DNA from: Gordius albopunctatus
Taxonomy: Eukaryota
Length of the DNA: 64,000 bases
Reading direction: 5' to 3'
NCBI GenBank assembly: GCA_964276515.1
Contig: OZ193909.1
Location: 11,222,001 to 11,286,000 of the forward strand
Shown here: piece by piece, positions 52,456-64,000 of the stretch
Layout: every line of letters starts with the position of its first letter
Position numbering within the stretch: the first letter of the stretch is position 1
The notes under the pieces: generated by a model
Told to the model about the DNA's origin: nothing
The model's database searches: none
The model's input: the letters and a program-made list of their open reading frames with translations, nothing else
Made by a program: the position numbers and the translations under genes

Positions 52456-54590
52456 AGTTTCCTATTTATTTGTAATAATTTAGGAATTTATCATGAACCT
52501 AAAATAAGACTCAAAATAATTCATGGCTTACTTTAAAGTAATTTTTATATATAGTCAAATTAAACCTTAAAATATAGGAGTTTATTGTCAAGTTTCGCTG
52601 ATCGTGGAAGTTATCATTTTTTGGATATTGTTATACTGTTTTTGTTATGTAATTAAGCGTGATTGAATGAATTGTATATTATTTAATTATTTAAAAAATG
52701 TCATCAACTGTATATTTTGTTATATGCGTATAAATAACTCATAGATTCCCTATTAATCTATTATAATTTTAAGTTTTAAACAAAATTACAGAATGATGAT
52801 AATAATAATAATAAAAGAAAAATGCATGAAACCTATATAGCAAAATGCGTGAAATATAAAAAATTAACGGCAAGTTGATGAAAAGCTTTTATTAAAACTT
52901 AATATGCATAAGACATACAAGTTATCGGTATGTAAAGTGATAGAGTAGGCGAATTTTGTGTAAGGGATAAAGAAGGTGGCGGAGCGACGTCCAATGCAAG
53001 GTATCCTTTTCACGATGCCGCTTTTTTCCAGATAAATTAGGTTGGGAATCATTTGTATGTTATTCTATGGTTTAATGGAATAAAATGATCCCTATAGTCT
53101 TTGATGCGAGCTACGTTTAGCGGAACTCAATGTTTTTAAAGGCGACTTACAGAGTGAGGAGGGACATAGGAGATGAAGCCTCCGGGTCCGATTGTACGTC
53201 TTTGTAGTCATCGCTATAAAAGCAAGTCATCAAGAAAGACGTACGTGAACCCGGTGATCACCTTCCCTGCTAAGTTGCACATGACTGACGAGAAACGAAG
53301 GGGCAGAAAGAGGCTTCCTAAGAAAAATGTTTTAATTAAAATATCTAAATGTATATATTCTAATTTTTCCGTTTATTTAAAATATTCGTCCCAAAAGCAA
53401 ATACCTTTATAATAATTTTTATTATCTCACTTTCCCTTTTATTGCCTATTGCTGCTTTATATTATTTTAGTTGACTTGTTGTGATTGTTCGAAAGTAGTA
53501 TGAAATCTGTTTGATACCAAAATATGACCGAAACTTAAGTGTTATATTTTTTCCACTCACACGCCAAAATAATTTGGTATTTAATTTACTACAGTGGTTT
53601 TTAAGAAATAGCTATTTAATTCACTTATTAAATTTTTTACGGTAGAAGAAAAGGATTACCTATTTAAACATATATTTTCTTAAATTGTATAAAAAATAGC
53701 AAAATTATAAATATCTTTTACATCATAAGAAAATTGTTTGCAGAACCATTGAGCGTTTTGTATATAAGGTTTATATTTATTGTACTTAACCTAATTACCT
53801 CAAATATTGTGTATTTAAAATGTCTGTATTTGCTTCATTTTTGTTTAAAATGACGATATATACCTAATCCTTAAAAAAATTCCTAACACTAATGAATAAA
53901 AGCATATTTCATTACATCATCACGGCATGAGTGTGACTTAAAGTAATAAAAATGTATTAGTATACTTATATAATTTAAAACCTTTATCATAAACCTTAAA
54001 ACTGTAAAATGCTTCCTCAAAAATGTCAATTTTTGTTAAGCTATGATTTTTCATACATATCTGTAGAAAATACAAGCTGTTGGAAATACTACGATACAAA
54101 TATTAGTAAATCGTTTTAGCTTCTAAGGTACTTTAGAATGATACTTTATTACACTTAAAACAATATTGCTGGAGTATTTCGAACAGTATGTTAAATTCTA
54201 CACATTTATTATAATCTGGCTAAGAGAAACCGAGAGAAACTGAATTTGTAACTATATATTGGTATTTAACGCAATTTAATGTCTATTTTAATTAAATAAG
54301 TTTAAAATGGCATTAATGTACCTGAAGACGTTAGGGAAATTGGGAAGGGTAGGAATAGCGTAGGGGAAATGTAGTTTCACCTAAAATATAGGCAATATTT
54401 TAGCTTAATTAACTTTATCACATATTTTATCAGTTTAATTTATAGACCTTACCTTCGCTTTTTTGGGTGTTTTCCATCTTTTCCGCAATATATAACCTTT
54501 TCATGATTAACCTTAGTAATTACTTTCTTTAAATGATATATAGACCTAAGGAATATTTCTTTCTGCGATATAATGTCCTGGATTTAGCAT

Positions 54591-54818
54591 CTTCTTCTTC
54601 TTTATCAGTTATTTGGTCCCACAATGGTGGGGTTTGTTTTTATGAGTCTCTTCCATCTTGACCGGGTTAGTGCCATGTCTTGACGAATCTCTTTAGTTTC
54701 CATAACTTTATCAACTTGCCTTTTCCACGTGACACGGGGTCGTCTTCTTCCTCTCTTCCCCGGTATTTTCATGTCTAGTACTTTTCGATTTACGTCATCC
54801 GGGTCCCTTCTTAGTATA
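54591..54818 (-). mobile_element. 5'-truncated RTE LINE insertion (228 bp)
   Basis: Near-identical to 33640-33867; TSD ttagcat at 54584-54590 and 54819-54825; empty paralogous site at about 42927-42933. Confidence 0.95.
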
Positions 54819-54832
54819 TTAGCATAAGTGAA

Positions 54833-55246
54833 TTAATCTTTACGCCAGGGCCAAGCCCATTTCCGGCGTGTTGCAAGAAGATCTTTGAGTTTGGGTATTA
54901 TTTTTATCTTGACTGGTGTGGCTACGCGTATCTCCATATCTGGAATGTAACTTGGATGAATAGGCGCAAGTTTGGAAATATTTCTACGAGCTTCTGGGGG
55001 GCTTGAGTCATAAGGCCTCGACTCTATAAAAGCTTCGACCTCAATCCCCAGACGGACTATAGTATCATCGGCGGAATCCTCATCAATTTCCTCGACTATT
55101 GTTTCCTCGAATACATTCCTTATTTCACTTTTTCTTTCTTTCGGTCCATCATGATTTTCTCGTTTTTCTTTCATTACAACTTTTTCTACTTTGCCTTTTT
55201 TTCGCAAACACGGGAAGCACATTAATAAATATTTTATGCTAACCAT
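54833..55246 (-). CDS. Intronless 137-aa orphan protein, copy 2
   Basis: Same length and frame as copy 1, with about 8 amino-acid differences. Confidence 0.6.
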   Translation of the reverse strand: MVSIKYLLMCFPCLRKKGKVEKVVMKEKRENHDGPKERKSEIRNVFEETIVEEIDEDSADDTIVRLGIEVEAFIESRPYDSSPPEARRNISKLAPIHPSYIPDMEIRVATPVKIKIIPKLKDLLATRRKWAWPWRKD

Positions 55247-55695
55247 TTTATACAAATTATAAATATTTGATTGTTGTCTTTCACTTATATAACATTTATA
55301 AATCGATCACGTGGGTTGTCGTACTTTAAACATAGTCTTTTCGATTGTTGCTATACATTAAAGCATATCCTTACAATAGCTTGTTTAATAATTTTTAAAA
55401 CTGTAAAGTTAACACCGAAGCGCCTAACTTAAACTGTCTCAAATTACTAATTAATATTTATATAATTCTTTGCAGGCCTAAAAATGTTGGTAAAACATAA
55501 AATTATGTTATAATGCTATAAAGTTTTTTAAAATGTCAAAAAATGTATTAAAAAATTATATTTGCTTAATATAATAATTATTTATTTTTTAAATAATTAT
55601 CTTAGAAGCATATTTCAGAATATGATTGTGCATCCGTGAAAACGCCAAACCCTCCCATTGCTAGTAAGAATATAGTAATTAATCTAATATGTAAA

Positions 55696-56107
55696 CAGAG
55701 ACTAGATAGACTGCTCATGCCATACGTTGCATATGGTTAATTGTGTGTCAAATTTTTCTCCATTTTGAGGAGAGCAATTGGTGTCATGTAATTTTGCCCT
55801 ATAACAGTCAATTTACCTTCCTCACTAGTTTATAATTTAAAACTAACGTAAATAAATTAATATTATACAAAATAGCAATTAAATTTGATGGCGCTTTATT
55901 ATTAAACAAACTTTAATCGCATTTTTAATTTTTATGTATTTTTTTGATATCTACCCAATTCAATATTTTTATTTACCTTTTTAAGATTATTTATTTTTGC
56001 GAGAATTACGAATTTCTATATGATCACCACTATACAATGTGCCTCTCAAGATGGCGGAAAAAAGGGTACACATTTTGTGGGTTGATAAGCAGTCTATCTA
56101 GTATATG
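55696..56107. mobile_element. hAT-type MITE (family of 13672-14094)
   Basis: cagagactagatagactgct / agcagtctatctagtatatg; TSD tatgtaaa / tatataaa. Confidence 0.85.
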
Positions 56108-57881
56108 TATATAAAATTATCGTGTCACGGTGTTTGTAGTTAAACTCCTCCGAAACGGCACCACCGATTCTTATCAAAGTTTCTGTGCATACTTGGTAGG
56201 TGTGAGAATAGGTTTTAAATTACTTTTTTTAAACCCCTAAGTGATAAGAGGGTCCAGGTCCAGTGTTTTTGTTTTATATGTTTTGACACTTAATAAAATT
56301 TAAATCATACAGGGATATTGTAAAATGCGACAATGTAAATAATCTTTAATATATAAAATGACTGATATAAAAACCACTTTGATCGATAGGTCAAATGAGA
56401 ATTTATAATATATCCTAACTGAAAAAGCAACTCTTTGTTTTCATTTAAAAACTCTAAAAAACTTATAAAATATGTAAAAAGTTAGAATTTCAATATATGC
56501 TTAGAAAAAATCGTACATACTTTCTAATATTAATGTTGAATTTTGCAGTTCGGTGAAGTGCATCCAATATATATGCAAATATGTGTATAAAGTAAGTGAT
56601 ATGTCTGTATTCAGAATTAATAATACCAATGTGAATGCTCCTCCATTGAATAACAATTATGAAATAACGAACTACCAAAGTGGCCGATACCTCAGCTCCA
56701 ATGAAGCTGTTTAGGGTATCTTCGGTTTTCAATCATGGATGGGATCCAGCAGTTATCCATTTAGCTGCCCATATTGAAAACGGCCAGCGCGTGTTATTCA
56801 CGAACAAGACAGCGCTTGATCATGCTATAAATCCACCAAAAACTACACTCACCTATTTATAAATTGTGTAATCGTGCCGATGCTTTTAGTATTTTCGCAC
56901 GAACACTACTCTATTCCGAAGTACCACCCTATTTTACGTGGACTCAATCGAAAAATGGATGTCCCGCAAGTAAGGCACACTAGTTGGTACATGCCCTGGT
57001 ATATTCAAATCTAACAATTTGGTTCGCGTATATACAGTCAATCCTAGGCAGACTTAGTGCTTATATCTGGGACTATTGTTGGTTAATATCACCGGCCCAT
57101 TGTCATTTCACAATATACGTAAAGAAAATGCACAAAAGTATCCAACGTATAAAGATGCGTGCCTTGCACTAAAATTGTTAGGGGACGACAACCATTGGAA
57201 GAGTATGCTTATTGAAGCAGCATTGAACTACAGGAACACAAATTCGTCTACTATTCGCTATAGTGTTAACTACATGTTTCCCGGCCCGAGCACAAACGTT
57301 TGGGATAAGCACAAAGATTCAATGACTGATGATATATTACATCGACATCGTTCAAGGTGCAAAGATCTAACGATATCATTCAGCGACGCAATGTACAATG
57401 AAACATTGATAGCTATCGAGGATCTTCGCACAAAATTAGTCATTTTGGTATGAGTTCACCAAATCAAAGTACATCTGATTTACTCAACACTGATATGAGT
57501 CTTGAGCAGTAGAATAGTGTAGAAATGGCAGTGATTATTACTCGCAATGTCTTACTACTGACCGATGAACAAAAAACCATTTAGCACTATGCTGGCCGTT
57601 TCGGGAGGAGAATAGTGTAGAAATGGCAGCGATTATTACTCGCAATGTCTTACTACTGAGCGATAAACAAAAAACCATTTAGCATTATGCTGGCCGTTTC
57701 GGGAGGAAAAGGGGTTTCTTTTTTTGGATGTACCAAGTGTAACTGACAAAACATTTCTTATTTCGCTATTTCTTTCAGATATACGATCAAAAAATGGCAT
57801 CTTTCAGCAACTATATTAGATGGAGGCATAACAGCTCATTCAACATTTAAGCTGCCAATGAATATTTAAATGAACCCAGAC

Positions 57882-58890
57882 TAGAGTCCTGCACGGGTGA
57901 CCCGAAACCCGACCCCACCCGAACCCGACCCAAAGTTTGAAAATTTTAAAATGCTTTCAGGTCGGGTTCGGGTTAAAAAAATTTAAACTCGGACCGTGTC
58001 GGGTTAAATGTATAAATCTCATACTGCATAGTAGACATCGTTTAAATTAATGCCATTATATATAATATTTTATAATTAATATTAAAACATGTGATTAATT
58101 TATCTCACACATTTATTAATATGTTTAAAGTTATATCTGAATTTAGGATTTGCGCAATTTAAAAGTCAGAAAGGTAGAATATCTTCATTGATTCTAAAAA
58201 TTATAATAAACAAATAACTAATATCGTAAAACTTATTAACAATTTTGTGAACTCTCATTTTTCTTTTTTAAATATTGATGCCTCAACCTGCTTTACGGTC
58301 TAATATACACTAGAATAAAATAAAATTATCATGATTATATATCAAACGAATGATTCAAATGTATAAAAAACATGATTAAAAAATTAGAGTTTTAAAAAAA
58401 TGATAAAATTTTCTCCTTTCATTTACGCACAATTGCCAAAACATCAAAATTGCTTGATAATCAAGACAGACTCATTTCAATTTAGCAAAAGTTTAAGAAT
58501 ATCTGCATTTTTTATGGTGCTTACTGAAGATAATAAATGGCTTGATAAGTGGGATACTTTAGGTGAAATGTGCTAGAAAACTTTTCTGAATTAGAATCTA
58601 CCTTTTTCTAATGTTTTTATTTCTGGCAAACATGTTTTAAAATGTTGTTAAATCTATTGTTGTTGTTTTTGGATATCATTTTGTTGCCACTTAAAACCAT
58701 CAAAATCAATTTTACACCAATCACATTTTTTACTTTCGGGTCGAGTGGGATCGGGTTTGTCTTAAAACGCTTTCGGCTCGGGTTCGGGTTAAAAAATTTA
58801 TAAACGCTTTCGGGTCGGGTTCGGGTTGAAAAAATTTAAAAGCTTTCGGGGGTTGGGTTTCTGTTGAAAAAGTGACTTAGCCGTGCTCTA
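57882..58890. mobile_element. hAT-type MITE nested in the Helitron helicase remnant
   Basis: tagagtcctgcacggg...ccgtgctcta; perfect TSD acccagac; acccga/tcgggt subterminal repeats. Confidence 0.92.
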
Positions 58891-59750
58891 ACCCAGACGC
58901 AGTGTGCAACATAAAAAAAAACAATCTTCCATGGTCACAGTACTCAAACGGTGTAAAGTTATTATCTGGGATGAACGTACTATGGCACACAACATTCTCT
59001 TGAGACATTGAACAGGACATTGAAGGGTATAAAAAACAACTATAAACTATTTGGCGGCCCTCTGTTCAGATAAACACTTTCATTCCACGTTCAACGTAAG
59101 CTGATAAGATTAACGCTAGCCCGATTTTTTAAATAGAAACTCTTCAAATTGCATTAAATTGTTATTACTTGTAATTTACAAGTAGATAAGGTTGAAATTA
59201 AAAATCTATTTTCACTCGCTACAATTTATTCAACTAATAACACAGGTCTACAAAAAAACATCCTGCAATCGGACCCATAATTCTGATAAAGAATTTTGCG
59301 CTGAAAAATAATCAGGTCTTTCCAGAATTACCAGTTTTTTAGATAAACTAGGTTGAAGGTACCAAAAATGCCTATTTTAAGCCTTTTTGATATTTAGTGA
59401 AAAATAGTAATATATTCATGTAGATTAAAGTTTCATCTATAGGTCCATTAATTTTTTTTTGTTTTACCTCTATATTTAAATTTATTCGCATTTACGTGAA
59501 CCCCTTTCCTTTATTAAAATTCGCCCCTTTATTGTTAGAAAATGGAGGACATTAGAGTTCATACTAAACAAGCGATGTTTACTAACACATCTCTCTCTCT
59601 CCCTTCACCTACCCTCCTCTCTTTCTCCTCCACTCCCGCCCCCTTCATGTGTGCTTGGATAAATATGGGGGCGGGAGTGTAAGAGATGGGGAATTAAAAA
59701 TTAAGGCGAATAGTGTCTTAAAGAAATTTTAAATTGTAATCTCCCCCAAA

Positions 59751-60716
59751 GTAGTGTTGTAAAAACGGCTGGCTGGTTTTTCCCAGCGTGTTGCCAAGCT
59801 TGGTAATTGGTGTATACTATAAGATACACCTAACCCTTTGGCGCTTTTGTAAAAAAACACCCAAAGTGTGTTTGGGTGAAATTTTTTGGTCGACCTTTGG
59901 CGTATGGCGTTTTTATTAAAAAACACGCAAAGGGTGTTAGGTGAATTATTTTGGTCGACCTTAGGCGTTTGGCATTTTTACAAAAAAAACACCCTTAGCG
60001 TTTAGGTGAATTATCTTGGTAACCTTTTGGTTTGATTTTGCTCGTTTGGGTTTTATAATTTATTTATTTAATATTTATAATTATATACATTTTAATAATT
60101 TATCCATAAAAGCTAATCAATATTTTTTCAATCATATATTAATCGATTAATGATGATAAAAAAATTATAAATATCTAATAAATTAAGAACTTTGCCCCCC
60201 TCCCTTTTTTGTCCCGTCGGTTTGCTCCCCCCCCCCCTTTTTTACCCTCTATTTTAACCGGAGGCCCCTTCCCCCCCCCCCCCATTTTTTACCCTATTTC
60301 TCACCCGGGAGGGCAGGGGGGGGGGGGTGGTTTGCCAACCTCCCCCTCTTTTTACCCTCTTTCTCAACCGGAAGGAGGTTGAAAAATTATCGATTAGCTT
60401 TTATGGATAAATTATTAAAATGAGTATAATTATAAATATTGAATAAAAAAATTATAAAACCCAAAACGACCAAAACCAAACCAAAAGGTTACCAAAATAA
60501 TTCACCTAAACGCTAAGGGTGTTTTTTTTTGTAAAAACGCCAAATGTCGACCAAAATAATTCACCCAACACTCTTTGGGGTGTTTTTTACAAAAGTGCCA
60601 AACGCCAAGGGCGAACCCAAAAAATTTACACAACACTAAAATGGTTTTGGGGGAAAAACCGCTAACCCTTGCAGGCGAGGCGACCAATCTTAAACCTTGG
60701 TTTTTTACAATACTAC
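59751..60716. mobile_element. Palindromic non-autonomous element with GTAGT ends and a 6-bp TSD
   Basis: gtagtgttgtaaaaa / tttttacaatactac; cccaaa on both sides; internal arms about 59850-60155 and 60385-60610 are inverted; C/G-run centre. Confidence 0.8.
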
Positions 60717-60913
60717 CCCAAAGCCGTCATTTCCATTTAACATAATTAATTCTATAACCATCGGGCCCGCCCTAAGTTACTTTATCGATGAATAATACTA
60801 ATTCACTCTAAATTATTTAATACTAAAAGTTGTCGCTTTCAATACTGTTTTTATGCTTTTGTTTTAAACAAGCCAGCATTCTATTTTAATTTTGTCCTTT
60901 GTATAGAAACGCT

Positions 60914-61532
60914 ATGTTTTTGTGCTTATTATTTCTTATTTATGTACCACTCTTATTGCAATTAGTTTTTTGCACTTATGATCTTAACAAAAATGAAATC
61001 TACCTAGTTTATGATCATTTAGAAGAGCAAGAATGTTATAATTTAATTAGACTTTTATTGAACTCATCGGAGGTTAATTATACGTCCAATTCTTGTTTGA
61101 ATTCCTTGATAAACTGGTAATATGCATTATTTTGTAGAATAATTTAATAAGGAACAAAAAAGAGAGTAAAGGAAAATCATTCCTTTTTTTATACGAAAAT
61201 TTAGTTAATATAAATCGTTCGGATATAGCAAAGAAATTATCGGAAACTGTATTTCATGAAAAAACTTACAACGTTGAAAAATATTTATTTCACGAATTTG
61301 AAAAGGGCAAACTTGAAGCGAAAGGTAAAATATGAAAAATGATTTTTTTGTTAAATTTTGTTTAGATTCCGATATCACTACAACATCCACTCACATAGAG
61401 CAAGTTACACCAACAAAAAATGTTAGGTCATATTCAATAAAGACTTTATTAGAAGAGTTTTCAACCATATTTATTGGAATGAATATAATAATAATAGCGG
61501 TTATAGTTGTTATTTTTGTAAAATCTAAATAA
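60914..61532 (+). CDS. Signal peptide + death-domain-like fold + C-terminal TM protein (TMDD1/C12orf81-like). Exons 60914-61116, 61152-61324, 61366-61532
   Basis: Spliced: MFLCLLFLIYVPLLLQLVFC..DHLEEQECYNLI..CLNSLINW|NKKESKGKS..NINRSDIAKKLSETVFHEK..|..IFIGMNIIIIAVIVVIFVKSK*; introns of 35 and 41 nt. The family call is from remembered motifs and the 3' end is uncertain. Confidence 0.7.
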
Positions 61533-61639
61533 TTGTTAGGTAAAATGGAAGTTAAATCAAAAAATTACTTGCCATATCATCTTAATCATCTTACAACCAA
61601 TCTATGAATCGAAACTATATTTAATTTATCCCTTCATTC

Positions 61640-62165
61640 CTTAATAATCCTTCTTGCTTATTTCCAATTTACACTCCTATAATAATTCTAGCCACACCTT
61701 GCATTTCCTTTGCCATTAATGACCTGTGTCCCCTCCATATATTACCAATTTCACAATACCCGTGTATATAATCTTCTTTTCGATTTGAATGCTATGTGTT
61801 TGTGACAAAGTACACCACTCAACTCCCTGCATTTTAGCCAGCCTGCGTTTATTCTTGTCTTAATTTCGTTTTCCACGCCCCCATCACATTTTACCCTAGA
61901 ACTATGATATTTGATTTCCTTCCTACTGCTTAAACACCACTCATCGATTTGCAGGTTTGTTTCTTTGTATTCACTTTCCGACTCCAAACATACATATTTA
62001 GTTTTATCTCGGTTGACCCTAAGGCCTTTGCTTTCAATTCGCTCCATCCACACTTTTACCTGCTCTGCTAATTCCACATTTGAGCCTGCGCGCAGCACTA
62101 TATAATCCACAAAGAGCATTGTCCAAGGTAATTCGCGTTTCAGGTCCCTAGTTATCGAATCCATT
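61640..62165 (-). mobile_element. Decayed RTE LINE reverse-transcriptase fragment, cut at the duplication junction
   Basis: LPWTMLFVDYIVL (degenerate FADD), GLRVNRDKTKY, RINAGWLKCRELSGVLC. Confidence 0.85.
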
Positions 62166-64000
62166 ATTTGCGCAATTTAAAAGTCAGAAAGGTAGAATAT
62201 CTTCATTGATTCTAAAAATTATAATAAACAAATAACTAATATCGTAAAACTTATTAACAATTTTGTGAACTCTCATTTTTCTTTTTTAAATATTGATGCC
62301 TCAACCTGCTTTACGGTCTAATATACACTAGAATAAAATAAAATTATCATGATTATATATCAAACGAATGATTCAAATGTATAAAAAACATGATTAAAAA
62401 ATTAGAGTTTTAAAAAAATGATAAAATTTTCTCCTTTCATTTACGCACAATTGCCAAAACATCAAAATTGCTTGATAATCAAGACAGACTCATTTCAATT
62501 TAGCAAAAGTTTAAGAATATCTGCATTTTTTATGGTGCTTACTGAAGATAATAAATGGCTTGATAAGTGGGATACTTTAGGTGAAATGTGCTAGAAAACT
62601 TTTCTGAATTAGAATCTACCTTTTTCTAATGTTTTTATTTCTGGCAAACATGTTTTAAAATGTTGTTAAATCTATTGTTGTTGTTTTTGGATATCATTTT
62701 GTTGCCACTTAAAACCATCAAAATCAATTTTACACCAATCACATTTTTTACTTTCGGGTCGAGTCGGATCGGGTTTGTCTTAAAACGCTTTCGGCTCGGG
62801 TTCGGGTTAAAAAATTTATAAACGCTTTCGGGTCGGGTTCGGGTTGAAAAAATTTAAAAGCTTTCGGGGGTTGGGTTTCTGTTGAAAAAGTGACTTAGCC
62901 GGGCTCTAACCCAGACGCAGTGTGCAACATAAAAAAAAACAATCTTCCATGGTCACAGTACTCAAACGGTGTAAAGTTATTATCTGGGATGAACGTACTA
63001 TGGCACACAACATTCTCTTGAGACATTGAACAGGACATTGAAGGGTATAAAAAACAACTATAAACTATTTGGCGGCCCTCTGTTCAGATAAACACTTTCA
63101 TTCCACGTTCAACGTAAGCTGATAAGATTAACGCTTGCCCGATTTTTTAAATAGAAACTCTTCAAATTGCATTAAATTGTTATTACTTGTAATTTACAAG
63201 TAGATAAGGTTGAAATTAAAAATCTATTTTCACTCGCTACAATTTATTCAACTAATAACACAGGTCTACAAAAAAACATCCTGCAATCGGACCCATAATT
63301 CTGATAAAGAATTTTGCGCTGAAAAATAATCAGGTCTTTCCAGAATTACCAGTTTTTTAGATAAACTAGGTTGAAGGTACCAAAAATGCCTATTTTAAGC
63401 CTTTTTGATATTTAGTGAAAAATAGTAATATATTCATGTAGATTAAAGTTTCATCTATAGGTCCATTAATTTTTTTTTGTTTTACCTCTATATTTAAATT
63501 TATTCGCATTTACGTGAACCCCTTTCCTTTATTAAAATTCGCCCCTTTATTGTTAGAAAATGGAGGACATTAGAGTTCATACTAAACAAGCGATGTTTAC
63601 TAACACATCTCTCTCTCTCCCTTCACCTACCCTCCTCTCTTTCTCCTCCACTCCCGCCCCCTTCATGTGTGCTTGGATAAATATGGGGGCGGGAGTGTAA
63701 GAGATGGGGAATTAAAAATTAAGGCGAATAGTGTCTTAAAGAAATTTTAAATTGTAATCTCCCCCAAAGTAGTGTTGTAAAAACGGCTGGCTGGTTTTTC
63801 CCAGCGTGTTGCCAAGCTTGGTAATTGGTGTATACTATAAGATACACCTAACCCTTTGGCGCTTTTGTAAAAAAACACCCAAAGTGTGTTTGGGTGAAAT
63901 TTTTTGGTCGACCTTTGGCGTATGGCGTTTTTATTAAAAAACACGCAAAGGGTGTTAGGTGAATTATTTTGGTCGACCTTAGGCGTTTGGCATTTTTACA
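62166..64000 (+). repeat. Near-identical direct repeat of 58148-59982 (offset 4018 bp), running off the window
   Basis: Identical 65-aa ORFs at 59729 and 63747; only about 3 substitutions noticed. Confidence 0.95.

Larger units (their letters stand above)
52478..55450 (+). repeat. Segmental duplication, copy 2, with pseudo-exons 25-26 of XPOT
   Basis: The exon-25 copy reads EFIMNLK* (premature TAA); otherwise colinear with 40795-43560. Confidence 0.93.
55683..59120 (+). mobile_element. Decayed Helitron of a second family, with two nested MITEs
   Basis: 5' end a|tctaatat..aaaattatcgtgtcacggtgtttg split by a MITE; RepHel remnants (PAVIHLAAHIENGQRV, LLVNITGP, AHSTFKLP, IIWDERTMAH); 3' end not found. 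Confidence 0.8.

Noticed and set aside
59750..60717. Polinton call from AGTAGT at 59750
   Set aside because: With those ends the flanks do not form a TSD and the right end is not ACTACT; no Polinton genes are present.

Overview
AT-rich, repeat-dense animal (invertebrate-like) genomic DNA with very short spliceosomal introns (commonly 33-60 nt). I reconstructed three host genes by hand from splice sites and remembered homology: POLR3G/RPC7 (-, 1859-2788, 5 exons), exportin-T/XPOT (+, about 16531-40919, about 26 exons, one 12.4-kb TE-filled intron) and a TMDD1-like signal-peptide/death-fold/TM gene (+, 60914-61532). There is also a duplicated 137-aa orphan ORF and a disabled gene built from five tandem exon+intron units. 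Mobile DNA includes a very young, minimal Ty3/Gypsy element (3918 bp, identical 101-bp TG..TA LTRs, 5-bp TSD), a near-complete Helitron plus decayed and non-autonomous Helitrons, a Ginger1-like integrase/OTU element folded into a long palindrome, many hAT elements/MITEs with 8-bp TSDs, Sola-like relics, RTE LINE fragments and a satellite carrying tRNA T-arm fragments. Two local duplications are present, plus a 200-N gap flanked by a probably artefactual repeat. No database search was possible, so family calls rest on recognised motifs. I found no unambiguous new biological system; the best leads are listed as findings.
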